A DNA stretch of 64,000 bases. Source: Candidatus Krumholzibacteriota bacterium. GTDB taxonomy: Bacteria > Krumholzibacteriota > Krumholzibacteriia > JAJRXK01. The position numbers and the translations under genes were made by a program. The notes under the pieces are model-generated. The model made no database searches and was not told the origin of the DNA. It saw nothing but the letters and a program-made list of their open reading frames with translations. Positions 36,910 to 48,076 of this stretch are shown here, piece by piece (position 1 is the stretch's first letter; the number at the start of each line of letters is the position of its first letter). Where the stretch lies: the NCBI GenBank assembly GCA_963727455.1, contig CAVSGG010000009.1, forward strand, positions 64,001-128,000. Reading direction: 5' to 3'.

Positions 36910-38688
36910 ATGAATCAGAAGACACTACGACGCGGCGGGAGCTTCCTGATCGAGGAGACCCCGTTCCAGGAAATTCAAACCCCCGAGGACTTCAGCCAGG
37001 AAACCCAGCTCTTGGCGCAGACCTGCCGCGACTTCGTGAACCAAGAGGTGCTTCCGGTGATGGACCGTCTGGAAGCTCAGGAGGAAGGTCTCATGCCCGC
37101 CCTCCTGAAGAAGGCGGGCGAGATCGGCCTTCTGGCGGTGGACATTCCCGAGGCCTACGGCGGGCTCAATGCGCCCAAGACCCAGAGCATGGTGGTGGCA
37201 GAGTCCATCGCCGCCGGCGGCAGCTTCCCGGTGGCGCACGGCGCGCAGACCGGCATTGGAACTCTGCCCATCGTCTACTTTGGAACCGCGGAGCAGAAGC
37301 AAGAGTGGTTGCCCAAGCTGGCCACCGGCGAGCTCATCACCGCGTACGCTCTCACCGAGGCTGGCAGCGGAAGCGATGCACTGGCCGCCAAGAGCACGGC
37401 CGTCCTGGACGGCGAAGAGTGGGTCCTCAACGGCGAGAAGATGTACATCACCAACGGTAGTTTCGCCGATGTGGTGATCGTCTTCGCCAAGGTGGACGGC
37501 GAACACTTCTCCGCCTTCATCGTTCCCATGGATACGCCGGGCGTCAGCCCCGGGGCCGAAGAACACAAGATGGGCATCAAGGGCAGTTCCACCACCAGCA
37601 TCGTGATGCAGGACGCCCGCATTCCCAAAGCCAACCTCTTGGGTGAAGTGGGCAAGGGTCACATCATCGCCTTCAACATCCTCAACGTAGGACGATTCAA
37701 GCTGGGCGCCGCGGTGACAGGCGCCGCGAAAGAGGCCATCGAAAAGACCATCGCCTACGTGAGCGAGCGCAAACAATTCAAGAAGACCCTCAGCGAGTTT
37801 CCGCTCACCCAGAACAAATTGGGAACGATGGCGGCGCGCATCTTTGCCGCCGAGAGCGCGGTCTATCGCACCGCGGGATATTTCGACGAAGCGATCAGCG
37901 CGCTCGACAAGAGTGACGCGAACTACGACCGCGAGGTGATCGGCGCCATCGACGACTACTCGATCGAGTGCAGCATCATCAAAGTCTTTGCTTCGGAAGT
38001 CCTGGACTACGTGGTGGACGAAATGGTGCAACTCTACGGCGGTTATGGTTTCGTGGAGGACTACCCCGCCGCTCGCTACTACCGTGACTCGCGCATCAAT
38101 CGCATCTTCGAAGGCACGAACGAAATCAATCGCATGTTGATTCCGGGCATGATTCTCAAGCGCGCGATGAAGGGAGAGCTGCCGCTCTTGGCGGCGGCCA
38201 AGGGCATCCAGGACGAATTGCTTTCGATCCCCTCTCTCGGTGAAGAGGGAGAGAGGGAGGCCTTCGCGGCCGAGCTCGAACAAGTCGGAAAGCTCAAGAA
38301 GGCGGTCCTGCTGGTGGCGGGTGTCGCCGCGCAGAAACTGGGTCCCAAGCTGCAGGAGGAACAGGAAGTTCTCGTGCACGCCGCGGACATGATCATGGAG
38401 ACCTATGCCCTGGAGAGCGCGGTGCTGCGCGCCCAGAAGATGCTGGCTTCGGGCAAGCCGATCCCGGCGGTACGGGCCATGATCACGGTTCTGGTCACCG
38501 AAGCGGTCGAGCGCGTGGGACGTGCCGGCCGCGCCGCGCTGACTCACGTGGCGCAAGGGGACGAGCTGGGCATGATGCTCGTGGGGCTCAAGCGCTTCAC
38601 GAAGGTGCCGCAGCTCGACACCGTCGCCGCGGCGCGCGTGGCCGCCAAGGCCCTGCTGGAACACGGGAGCTACCGGGTGCCAGCGTAG
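36910..38688 (+). CDS. fadE: Acyl-CoA dehydrogenase (FadE type)
   Basis: [52 protein letters not shown]. Confidence 0.95.
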   Translation: MNQKTLRRGGSFLIEETPFQEIQTPEDFSQETQLLAQTCRDFVNQEVLPVMDRLEAQEEGLMPALLKKAGEIGLLAVDIPEAYGGLNAPKTQSMVVAESIAAGGSFPVAHGAQTGIGTLPIVYFGTAEQKQEWLPKLATGELITAYALTEAGSGSDALAAKSTAVLDGEEWVLNGEKMYITNGSFADVVIVFAKVDGEHFSAFIVPMDTPGVSPGAEEHKMGIKGSSTTSIVMQDARIPKANLLGEVGKGHIIAFNILNVGRFKLGAAVTGAAKEAIEKTIAYVSERKQFKKTLSEFPLTQNKLGTMAARIFAAESAVYRTAGYFDEAISALDKSDANYDREVIGAIDDYSIECSIIKVFASEVLDYVVDEMVQLYGGYGFVEDYPAARYYRDSRINRIFEGTNEINRMLIPGMILKRAMKGELPLLAAAKGIQDELLSIPSLGEEGEREAFAAELEQVGKLKKAVLLVAGVAAQKLGPKLQEEQEVLVHAADMIMETYALESAVLRAQKMLASGKPIPAVRAMITVLVTEAVERVGRAGRAALTHVAQGDELGMMLVGLKRFTKVPQLDTVAAARVAAKALLEHGSYRVPA

Positions 38689-38830
38689 AAGCGAAAGTGA
38701 GCCCGGTACCGTCCGCTGTCTCCGTCGTCCTTCCCGCCTCCCATTGAAGAAGAACGATGAAGACAGCCCCCGACGAAACCGGGCTCGCCGCGTTCTTCTT
38801 GCAGGCTGGATGCCAAGCGGGAAGCATCGC

Positions 38831-38874
38831 AAAAAAGCAGCTCCAAGCCCCCTTCAGACAAGAGCTTGGAGCTG
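38831..38874 (-). terminator. Intrinsic terminator downstream of the C25 peptidase gene
   Basis: CAGCTCCAAGC...GCTTGGAGCTG stem followed by CTTTTTT on the minus strand. Confidence 0.75.
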
Positions 38875-38956
38875 AACCCTCCACCGGTCTTCGCGCTCCA
38901 CTCGCCGCCACCCGCTGTCCGGCGTTCGACAGCCCGGACAGCGGGGCAGCGACTCC

Positions 38957-41364
38957 TCAACGCACCTTGACCACGCGCGTGCTGATCTGACGACCTTCGG
39001 TGAGCAGTTTGACGAAGTAGACTCCGCTGGACACGCTGCTTCCGTGATCGTCGCGGCCGTTCCAGCCGATGTGATCCTCGCCGGGACCCACCTGCAGCGC
39101 GCGCACCTGGCGGCCGCGGGCATCGAAGATCCGCAGGCGGCCACCCTGGTCCAACCTGCGGTTCAACTGGAACACGGTGCGCTGGGCCATCACCGAGGGA
39201 GTGGCGCGCAGGAGCAGCTTGCTGGTCTGCAGCGAGGGCGCGGGCGTACCGGCGATCACGGGGACCGATCCCACGAAGACGTTGCCGTCCAGATCGCGAA
39301 CCACGACCTCCATCTCTCCCTCCGTGCTGGGAGTGACCGACAGGCTGGCCGCTCCTCCTGCATCGGTGTAGGTGTTGGTGAAGACCTCGTCGCCGCTGGC
39401 GAGCTTGCCGTTGTTGGCGCGCTTCCAGACCGAGACCAGCGCCTCTTTCACGGCCAGTCCTTCGGGATCGTAGACCTCGACGGTCAGGCCACAGCCATCG
39501 GGGCAGACCTGAATCGCCTCGGGCATGATCACCGTCCAGTCCAGGGCGCCCAGGCGCTTGATCTTCATCTCCGGATCGCCCAGCAGCATGTACATCCAGG
39601 CGTTGTCACCGTCATAAGCGCTGGTCATCTGGTCCTCTGCAGCAGAGATTGCCTGCGCGTGTCCGGTGATGCCGTCCTCGAACACTGCCTTGAAGAGACC
39701 ACGGTCCAGTTCGTGGTTGGGAGTCGTCCAGCTGGGCACGGTGGCCCCATAGTGCGCGACCGCACCATCGTTGGTCTCCTCCATCCAGTTTTCACCGACG
39801 CAGTCCGCCACCCGGATGTCGTTGTTGTTACATGCGATGGACCAAACCACCGGCGTGCGCGGAGCGTTCGCCAGGCCGCTGATGTCGGAAGAGCCGAAGC
39901 TTTGGGAACTGGTGTTCCAGCCGGTCCATGCGCCAGTGCTACCGTGTCCGCGATAGCAGATGATCCCCGCTCCGTTGTCGATCAGGTCCCTCACGTCGCT
40001 ATTCGTCGTTCCGGCACTGCCGTAGAGAGTGACGAAATTCGGCGTCACGGAGTAGCTCGCGGTGCGCACGGACTCCTGGGCGCCCTCGTATTTGTTGGGT
40101 GCGTTCTGCTTGTGCGCGGCCAATCCCACCGTGGTATAGGGCCAGGTGAAATCGCGGCCGTTCTCGTAATTGAGGATCTTCGCCACCTGGTTGCTGAGGT
40201 CGTCCGCGTCATCCACCGACAGGCGTCCTACCCAGACTTCCTCGTTCAAGTCGTCGCCGTTCATGGAACCGTAAAGATCGTCAGTGGGAACCACCCCGGC
40301 GTTGTTGGTTTGGGGAGAGGAACACAGCGGAATGAACGTATCATCTCCCACGAGCAACACATAGTGGTCGTAGAGAGGCGATGAGCTTTGATACCAATTC
40401 TGGATGGCATCGCGGATTTCGCCGCAGGTAGTGCCCACCGATTCCAGGGTCAACTCGGTCACTTTGAAGCCGCGGGACTTCTTTTGATCGATCAGAGGCT
40501 GGATCTGCGGCTGCAGGTATTCGCGATATAGGAAGAGGTAGTGACCTTCGTAGTATTCTCCATTGCTGAGGAAGTAATCCGCGCCACTTTCCAGTTGTCA
40601 TAGATGGTCGCGGCCAGGTGCGCCTCCTCGATCGTTCCTTGCCCGAACGAGAGTAATGCCCCCTGATGGCCCAACAACAACCGCATCTGGTCATAGACCT
40701 GAAGCTCGCCGGTCGCGGGATCCCACTTGCATGGCCACGCCTCGAAGTTTGCGCGGGGAATCCAGCGGTCAGCGGCTTCGACGGGCCGGCCCCGCGGCCC
40801 GAAATCGGTGGGCCAGGGTCCGCTGCTCGCATAGAGCTGCTCGTCGATCTGAAAGATCTCAGGGTCCCCCTCGGGATGATCGCGCTCGGGAATGGGCTGC
40901 GGGTAGATCTGCATGTTCGAGAAGCTGCGCGTGTTGAGGATCTCCACGCGATCCAGGGTGACACCCTCGGCGCTGGTGGGTACGGCCAGACACATCTGGA
41001 CCGCGGGCAGAAGCGGGGCGCCGGTTTGACCCATAATGCCAAGGCCGGGAAAGCTCAGGCGCTGGTAGCTGTGTTGATCGGCGCCCAGGACATCTTCCAT
41101 CCAGAACCCGTGGATGACCACGTCGATCACGGTCTGTTGGTCGTCTGATCCGGAGACGAGTTTGACCTCGGCCGGGGTCCCCTCCGGAGTGTGATCCAGA
41201 TGGACCCACTGCTGGGCATGGGCGGCGCCGGCCAGGAGAATGGTGCCGAAGCTCAAAAGGAGAACCAGCCAGTTCAGCGAACGCGCCCGAGCCTTCGGTT
41301 GAAGGGATCGAGCCGAGGGCTCAGGCCAGGCTCGGCTCTGAATGGGTTGACCGCGCAAGCGCAT
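38957..41364 (-). CDS. Gingipain-like C25 cysteine peptidase (propeptide + catalytic + FlgD-Ig/CTD tail), frameshifted near 40580
   Basis: Signal peptide and propeptide (GAPLLP, VYDQM); YVLLVGD, VGRLSV, catalytic YRGHG and SIAC, LLGDP; tail IFDARGRQVR..WNGRDDHG..SSGVYF. Confidence 0.88.
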
Positions 41365-41586
41365 GGAGTGCCTCCTTGTGGCAATTGCCGTGATGGGACG
41401 GATTGGTGGTTCTCACGGGCCTTCAGCCATGGGCGAAGCCCGCGGCGGACGTGACCACTTCCCGCCGCAACCTCATCGATTCTTGGGTTGCTCTCATTCC
41501 TTCAAACGAGAATCCGGCGCGAAAGCGGACATGCACCGGTTGACGACACTTCGACGGGTGAGGACCATGCGATGGAGGTGTCAGAG

Positions 41587-42135
41587 ATGACGAGAAAGGT
41601 CCAGATCGCTCTGTTGCGCGGCATCAACGTCGCGGGCCACAACAAGTTGCCCATGCGCGAGCTTCGCTCGCTCTGCGAGGAGTTGGGCTGGCAGGAAGTC
41701 CAATCCTATATCCAAAGCGGAAATCTGGTCTTTCGATCGGCCTCCCCCGCGCCGCGTTTGGAGCTTGCGCTGGAGAAAGCCCTCGAGTGGCGCTTCGGAT
41801 TTTCGATCAGCGTTCTGATCCGATCCGCAAAGGACTGGTCCTTCTTTCTCGAGGGCAATCCCTTTCCCAGGGAGTCCGAGTCGGAGCCCCATCGAGTGAT
41901 GATTCTGCTCTCCAAGAAAACTCCCGCAAGAAGCGCGCTGCGCGAGCTGAGCCCCTACGCGAAAAACGGCGAGCGGCTGCTGCGGGTAAAACACGCGTTG
42001 TGGATCCATTACCCTGAAGGCGCCGGAAAGTCGAAGTTGACTCCGTCCGTGCTGGAGCGCTGCGTGGGCTCGCCGGTGACGGCACGCAACTGGCGCACCG
42101 CACTCAAACTGGAGGAAATCGCGCGATCGACCTAA
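41587..42135 (+). CDS. DUF1697 family protein
   Basis: IALLRGINVAGHN, SYIQSGNLVF, TARNWRT. Confidence 0.92.
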   Translation: MTRKVQIALLRGINVAGHNKLPMRELRSLCEELGWQEVQSYIQSGNLVFRSASPAPRLELALEKALEWRFGFSISVLIRSAKDWSFFLEGNPFPRESESEPHRVMILLSKKTPARSALRELSPYAKNGERLLRVKHALWIHYPEGAGKSKLTPSVLERCVGSPVTARNWRTALKLEEIARST

Positions 42136-42171
42136 ACTTCCCCTGGCTTCCCCGCTCTGGAGGAGATCTTC

Positions 42172-43203
42172 GTGAAACGACTTTCCGGGACGATCGCGGT
42201 CCTCGCGCTTCTGCTCTGTACCGCCAGCGCGTGCTTCTCAGCTCCCACCCTCAAGGAATATTTCGACAACTCGGGCAAGGACGACGTGCTCAGCGGCGGC
42301 GTCCGCATGATTCCCATCAGCACGCCCAAGGGCGAGTTTCAGGTCTGGACCAAACGGACCGGCAACAACCCCACGATCAAAGTGCTCTTGCTGCACGGCG
42401 GACCGGGCATGACCCACGAGTATCTCGAGGCCTTCGACAGCTATTTCCCGGGCGCGGGGATCGAGTACTACTACTACGACCAGCTGGGCTCCTTCTTCAG
42501 CGATCAGCCCGACGATCCCGATCTCTGGACGATCCCGCGTTTCGTCGAGGAGGTCGAACAGGTTCGCAAGGCACTCGGACTCACCAAGGACAACTTCTAT
42601 CTTTACGGCCACTCCTGGGGCGGCATCCTGGCGCTGGAGTACGCCCTCAAGTACCAGCAGCATCTGAAAGGCCTGATCATTTCGAACATGATGGCCTCAA
42701 CTCCTGCCTACAACGACTACGCGCATGAGGTGCTGATGCCGCAGATGGATCAGGCGGCTCTGAAGAAAATCGAGCAGCTGGAAGCCGAGGGGAAGACGGA
42801 CGACCCCCAGTACATGGGACTCCTGATGCCCAACTGGTACACGAAGCACATTCTGCGCATGCCGCCCGAGCAGTGGCCGAATCCGGTGAATCGCGCCATC
42901 CAGTACCTCAATCCGAAGATCTACGTGCTGATGCAGGGACCGAGCGAGATGGGGCTCTCCGGGAGACTCGCCAACTGGGACCGCACGGCCGATCTATCCA
43001 AGATCGCCGTGCCCACACTGACCATCGGGGCGAAGTACGGCACCATGGATCCCGATCACATGAAAATGATGGCCCAGAAGGTGCAGAAGGGGCGTTTCCT
43101 CTTCTGCCCCAAGGGAAGCCACTTGGCGATGTACGACGACCAAAAGACCTACATGAAGGGCGTTATTGAGTTCCTGAAGGACGTCGACGCCGGTCGTTTT
43201 TGA
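42172..43203 (+). CDS. pip: Proline iminopeptidase (S33, alpha/beta hydrolase), probably exported
   Basis: LLHGGPG, YDQLGS, GHSWGG nucleophile, GSHLAMYD. Confidence 0.9.
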   Translation: MKRLSGTIAVLALLLCTASACFSAPTLKEYFDNSGKDDVLSGGVRMIPISTPKGEFQVWTKRTGNNPTIKVLLLHGGPGMTHEYLEAFDSYFPGAGIEYYYYDQLGSFFSDQPDDPDLWTIPRFVEEVEQVRKALGLTKDNFYLYGHSWGGILALEYALKYQQHLKGLIISNMMASTPAYNDYAHEVLMPQMDQAALKKIEQLEAEGKTDDPQYMGLLMPNWYTKHILRMPPEQWPNPVNRAIQYLNPKIYVLMQGPSEMGLSGRLANWDRTADLSKIAVPTLTIGAKYGTMDPDHMKMMAQKVQKGRFLFCPKGSHLAMYDDQKTYMKGVIEFLKDVDAGRF

Positions 43204-43271
43204 ACCCTAGGCGAGACTGCCGACCAGGAGCAGGAAGGAAGCGATCGGCGCACCGGGCCCAATGCCATGGC

Positions 43272-43820
43272 TCAGGGACCGGCAACGAGTTCGGCACCGG
43301 ACTGCAAGCCCAGTTGACCCATGCTCGAAGCGTAGAAACGCAGACCGATGTGGGTGGCGCCAGTATCGCGCAGCGCCGCCACGAAAGCCGTCACGTCGAG
43401 CTTGAAATCCTTGCGTTCAGCGACATCCAAATCATACACGCCGAGGTAGAGCCCCGCATTGTAGTCACTGGCGTTCGCCAGGCCATTGCCCGCGTAAACC
43501 GCGACTTTGAAGGTGCCCGCTGTATCATTGGGACCGTAGCTGAGGTCGCTGACCGACGCGTCGACTTCAACGTGATCGGTGACGGGAAAATCGAGGGCGA
43601 ACTCGAGCATCGCCTGGTCCTGTGACAGATCGAAAATACCCGGGATTCCAATGGGGTTGATCGTGGATCCGTTGCGCACCGCGAACTCCACGGCGGGAGA
43701 CCTCGTGTAGGTCGGGGGGACCGCGACTGGATCATTACTTTTGCAGCCGTTTCCAAGAGCGAGAAACGCGAGGCATCCGCAGACGAGACCGACGCGAGAG
43801 AGTCTTCGCACACGGGGCAT
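43272..43820 (-). CDS. Hypothetical lipoprotein
   Basis: Basic N-terminus, hydrophobic stretch, LGNGC, then beta-rich domain. Confidence 0.65.
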   Translation of the reverse strand: MPRVRRLSRVGLVCGCLAFLALGNGCKSNDPVAVPPTYTRSPAVEFAVRNGSTINPIGIPGIFDLSQDQAMLEFALDFPVTDHVEVDASVSDLSYGPNDTAGTFKVAVYAGNGLANASDYNAGLYLGVYDLDVAERKDFKLDVTAFVAALRDTGATHIGLRFYASSMGQLGLQSGAELVAGP

Positions 43821-43927
43821 GACACGCCTCCTCATCTTGGCATTGTAGGAACTCCATCGGCGAGGGTTTGACAATAGAAGACGGAGAGCGCTTTCGGCAA
43901 GTCAATCTACGAATTAAAAGGCGAGCT

Positions 43928-44581
43928 TCAGACCAACAACTCGATGAGTTCGGCGAAGGAGTCGAGGAGTACATCCGGATTCGCGGCGCGCAGATCCTGC
44001 ACGTCTCCGATGCCGTAAGCGAGCGCGATGGAAACACAGCCCACCGCGTGCGCGGCTTTGACGTCGTTCTTGGAATCGCCCACCATCCAGGCTTCCTTCG
44101 CGTCCACCTTCAGTTCGTCCAGCACCAATTGCAGAAGATCGGGGGCCGGCTTCACCGGTACTCCTCTGCGCGCTCCCACGATCGCGTCGAAATACTGCGC
44201 CAGTCCCACACCCGCGACCACCTTCGTCGTGAATTCGTCGGGCTTGTTGCTCACCACGCCCATGCGGATCCCGCGCGTTTGCAGGGCCGTCAGCGTTTCC
44301 TTTACGCCGGGGTAAGTCTTGGTGTGATCGAGAAGGTGATCCGCGTAGATCTCACGGAAGCGCAGGAGAGCGCCGTCGACCTCCGTCGGAGATTCTCCGA
44401 GGGCGCGGGCGACGAGCATGCGCGCGCCATCCCCGATGTAGCCGCGCACGGTCTCCTCGCGCAGAGGCGCCAGGCCCCGCTCCCGGAGCATCAGATTGCA
44501 GGCCACGGTGAGATCACCGACGGAATCGACGAGGGTGCCGTCGAGATCGAAGCAGATTGCCCGGGGTGCGGTGAAGTTCAT
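43928..44581 (-). CDS. gph: HAD-IA hydrolase, phosphoglycolate phosphatase-like
   Basis: FDLDGTLVDS, VSNKP, KPAP, MVGDSKND. Confidence 0.88.
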   Translation of the reverse strand: MNFTAPRAICFDLDGTLVDSVGDLTVACNLMLRERGLAPLREETVRGYIGDGARMLVARALGESPTEVDGALLRFREIYADHLLDHTKTYPGVKETLTALQTRGIRMGVVSNKPDEFTTKVVAGVGLAQYFDAIVGARRGVPVKPAPDLLQLVLDELKVDAKEAWMVGDSKNDVKAAHAVGCVSIALAYGIGDVQDLRAANPDVLLDSFAELIELLV

Positions 44582-44688
44582 GCTGGGAAAGCTACCTCCC
44601 AGGGTAGTCCTGCGCAAGAAAGGCGTACCAGAGACGAAAGCACGGTGCAAACGGCGCGAAATCCGCTCCTGATTCTTGTGAGCATGAC

Positions 44689-44718
44689 TTGAAAAGGCCC
44701 GGAATCAGGGGCTATACT
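44689..44718 (+). promoter_or_regulatory. sigma70-like promoter preceding an unannotated 270-bp region
   Basis: TTGAAA-N18-TATACT. Confidence 0.5.
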
Positions 44719-45113
44719 CGCCACAGCTCCATGAGCCGGGTGCACCCCTGAACGCCAACGAGTTGGCGGACTTGCTCGGCTCGAACTGGGGAAGCGATCT
44801 CGCCAACGGTGCCCTCGTCGAGGGCCGGTTCGACACCACCGACTGCGGGATCGTCGGCCGGGGGGTTGCGAGCACCGACATCTGCTCGACGACCGGATGC
44901 CCATGCGATGCAGAGACCGGACCACGGATTCTGACTCGCATTCGCCGTGGCCCCGCCACATTGGCACCTTTGCTCTGCAGCCGCTTTTGACATGGCGACC
45001 CTTCGGCTTCCCCAGGAGTTTTTTGACCCAAGGCCTCTTCCTTCTTGACGATCGCGCGGGCTCCCTCTAAGGAGAGGGAGCCCCGTTCGTTTCCCTTCGG
45101 GAGGTTCTACAAG

Positions 45114-45761
45114 ATGGCACGCGAAGACACCCCAGATCGCCGTCCCCTGCTCTACGGCATCGCAGCCCTTCTCATCTTGTGCGCCGCGCTCTTCCTCTTC
45201 TGGCCGCGGGGGCCCAAGAACGAGCTCAGCACGATGACTCTCACTCCGCCGAGCGCGGAGAACCAGGTCCAGGCCGGGCAAGTGAACCCCGAGGACTCGG
45301 CCACCGCCACCTCCGATGAGCTGGCAAAGCCCGAGGAGACGCCGCAGGAGAGTCTCTCGACGGAAGATCAGCCACAGCAGGCCGTGGCGCCCAAGCAGAG
45401 TCAGCCCGAGCCGAGTCCCACCAAGGCCGTGACCCCGGCACAGACGGCAAGCTCGTCGCCGGCCCCGCTGAGCCACGAGAAGACGGCGCAGAAGCTCAAC
45501 ACCTCTCTGGTACAACCGACTTCCAGCGGCCGCTATCTGCTCAATCTGGGTTCCTTCGGGAGTCACTCCAACGCCCAGCGGCGGGTGGACGAGCTGCGCG
45601 CGAACGGGGTGCCAGCCGACGTGGCCCAGGGAACCAAGCCCGACGGCAGTCCGATCTACCGGGTGCGTGTGGCGTACTTCGAGGGGCATAGCCTGGCCAA
45701 GGCCTATGGCGAAGACCTGAAGCGGCGGCTGGGTCTGGATTACTGGATCTCCGAGCGCTGA
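45114..45761 (+). CDS. SPOR domain membrane protein
   Basis: Single TM, P/Q/S/T-rich linker, YLLNLGSFGSHSNAQR...YRVRV. Confidence 0.85.
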   Translation: MAREDTPDRRPLLYGIAALLILCAALFLFWPRGPKNELSTMTLTPPSAENQVQAGQVNPEDSATATSDELAKPEETPQESLSTEDQPQQAVAPKQSQPEPSPTKAVTPAQTASSSPAPLSHEKTAQKLNTSLVQPTSSGRYLLNLGSFGSHSNAQRRVDELRANGVPADVAQGTKPDGSPIYRVRVAYFEGHSLAKAYGEDLKRRLGLDYWISER

Positions 45762-45883
45762 GGGTCGATCCAGCCCCGGATTTCTGAGTTCCGAAGGCAC
45801 TCTTTCGGCCCCCGCCGGTCCGCGATATACTGATCTTTGGACTTCCGATCTCCCTTGCCTTTAATTTTCGCCTGAGGTACGCC

Positions 45884-48034
45884 TTGCCGACGAAGCGGAA
45901 TCCCAAACAAGCACCCCTGAAGGACTTGGACCGTTCCGCCCTGCTTGCCGCCTACCGGACGATGGTCAGCGCGCGGGCGGTGGACGACGAGGAGATCAAG
46001 CTCAAGCGGAAGAATCAGATCTACTTCCAGATCTCTGGCGCCGGTCACGAGGCGGTGCTCACGGCCGCCGGCATGGTCCTGCGGCCGGCCTACGACTACT
46101 TCCTGCCCTACTACCGCGACCGCGCGCTCTGCATGCAGCTGGGCATGACCCCCTATGAGATGTTCCTGCAGGGCGTGGGCGCCGAGGACGACCCCAACAG
46201 CGGTGGGCGGCAGATGCCGGCTCACTGGGGGCACGCTGCCCTGAACATCGTGTCCAAGAGTTCCTGCACCGGCATGCAGACCCTGCATGCGGTGGGCGTC
46301 GCCGAAGCGGGCCGCTATCTGGAGAGCTTCGAGGAAGCGCGCGCCGGAGCGAGTGAATTCCACGCGGACGAAGTCGTGTATATGTCGGTGGGAGACGGCT
46401 CGATCAGCGAGGGCGAGTTTTGGGAAGGACTCAACAGTGCCTGCAATCTGAAGCTGCCCGTCCTCATTCTGGTCGAGGACAACGGCTACGCCATCTCCAC
46501 TCCCAACACGGTTCAGACCGCCGGGATCCCCATCCACGAGCTGGTGGCCTCGCATCCCCATCTCGGGGTGTGGAACGTGGATGGCACCGATTTCCGCGCC
46601 TCGTACGAGGTTCTCAAGGCGGCCGCCGCGCACTGCCGCGAGAGGAAGGGCCCCGCCCTGGTCCGCGCGACCACTGTTCGCCCCTACTCCCACTCGATGA
46701 GCGACGATCAGAGGCTCTACCGCGGCGAGAAGGAACTCGAAGAAGAAACGCACCTGGATCCCCTGCGCCGTATGCGCCGCGATCTCATCGAAAACGAGGG
46801 AGTGAAGGCCGAGGACCTGGACGCGCTGGAGGCCGAGTGCCGCGCCGACGCCAAGGAGGCCTCTCTCAGGGCGCAGTCCGCGAAGCGGCACCCACCTGAG
46901 AACGCTTTGCTCTACCTCTACAGCGAGAAGAGAGATGCCACCGGGCCCGAGTTCGACCATCCGCAAGAGAGCGCGCAGTCGAAGGGCGGCAACGGCACCG
47001 GCGCTGAGAAATCGATTTCCATGCTGGAGGCGATCAACCGCACCCTGCACGACGAAATGGCGCACGACGCGCGGATGCTCGTCTTCGGAGAGGACGTGGC
47101 CGACGCCACCAAGGAAGAGGTCTTGGGCGAGTGCAAGGGTAAGGGTGGTGTCTTCAAGGCCACGGCCGGGCTCCAGCGCGCCTTCGGGCCCCAGCGCGTG
47201 TTCAACTCTCCACTCGCCGAAGCCAACATCGTCGGCCGCGCGGTGGGAATGGCAACGCGCGGACTCAAGCCGGTCGTGGAGATTCAGTTCCTGGACTACA
47301 TCTGGCCCGCCTACATGCAGATCAAGAACGAGCTAGCCACCATGCGCTGGCGCTCCTACGACAGCTGGAAAGCGCCGGTCGTGGTGCGTGTCGCGGCCGG
47401 AGGATACCTCCAGGGTGGCGCGATGTATCACAGCCAGAGCGGCGTGAACCTCTTCGCCAGCATTCCCGGCCTGCGAGTGGTCATGCCAAGTGAAGCGCGG
47501 GATGCCGTCGGACTCTTGCGAACCGCGATCCGCTGCGATGATCCGGTGATCTTCCTCGAACACAAACATCTCTACCGTCAGCCCTACGGAAAGTCGATCT
47601 ATCCCGGTTCGGATTTCATGATTCCCTTCGGCAAAGCGCGGCTGCATCAGGAAGGAAGCGATGTCACCATCGTGACCTACGGCGCTCTCGTGCATCGCAG
47701 TGAACTGGCGGCCAAACAACTGCAGAAGGAGACGGGTCTCTCGGTGGAGATCCTGGACCTGCGGTCTTTGAGCCCCTGGGATCACGAGGCGGTGGCCGAG
47801 AGCGTACGGAAAACCAATCGCTGCGTGGTGGTCTACGAGGATCCCAGAAGCCTGGGTTACGGCGCCGAGATCGCGGCCTGGATCGCCGACGAACTCTTCG
47901 AATATCTCGACGCTCCGGTACGGCGCGTCGCGGCGCTGGATACTCACATCGCCTACGAGCCCAAGACAGAACGGGCGACGCTCCCTCAAACCGAAGACGT
48001 CGCCCGGGCTCTGCAAGAAATCGCGCGCTACTAG
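45884..48034 (+). CDS. 2-oxoacid (branched-chain type) dehydrogenase E1 alpha-beta fusion
   Basis: [10 protein letters not shown], ThDP motif [48 protein letters not shown]. Confidence 0.93.
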   Translation: MPTKRNPKQAPLKDLDRSALLAAYRTMVSARAVDDEEIKLKRKNQIYFQISGAGHEAVLTAAGMVLRPAYDYFLPYYRDRALCMQLGMTPYEMFLQGVGAEDDPNSGGRQMPAHWGHAALNIVSKSSCTGMQTLHAVGVAEAGRYLESFEEARAGASEFHADEVVYMSVGDGSISEGEFWEGLNSACNLKLPVLILVEDNGYAISTPNTVQTAGIPIHELVASHPHLGVWNVDGTDFRASYEVLKAAAAHCRERKGPALVRATTVRPYSHSMSDDQRLYRGEKELEEETHLDPLRRMRRDLIENEGVKAEDLDALEAECRADAKEASLRAQSAKRHPPENALLYLYSEKRDATGPEFDHPQESAQSKGGNGTGAEKSISMLEAINRTLHDEMAHDARMLVFGEDVADATKEEVLGECKGKGGVFKATAGLQRAFGPQRVFNSPLAEANIVGRAVGMATRGLKPVVEIQFLDYIWPAYMQIKNELATMRWRSYDSWKAPVVVRVAAGGYLQGGAMYHSQSGVNLFASIPGLRVVMPSEARDAVGLLRTAIRCDDPVIFLEHKHLYRQPYGKSIYPGSDFMIPFGKARLHQEGSDVTIVTYGALVHRSELAAKQLQKETGLSVEILDLRSLSPWDHEAVAESVRKTNRCVVVYEDPRSLGYGAEIAAWIADELFEYLDAPVRRVAALDTHIAYEPKTERATLPQTEDVARALQEIARY

Positions 48035-48076
48035 AGTCTCAGCTCAAAGCCAGGCTGAGAAGCACCCCCTGCCGAA

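Noticed and set aside
44820-44845. tRNA T-loop-like GGTTCGAC
   Set aside because: Flanks do not form a T-stem or cloverleaf.
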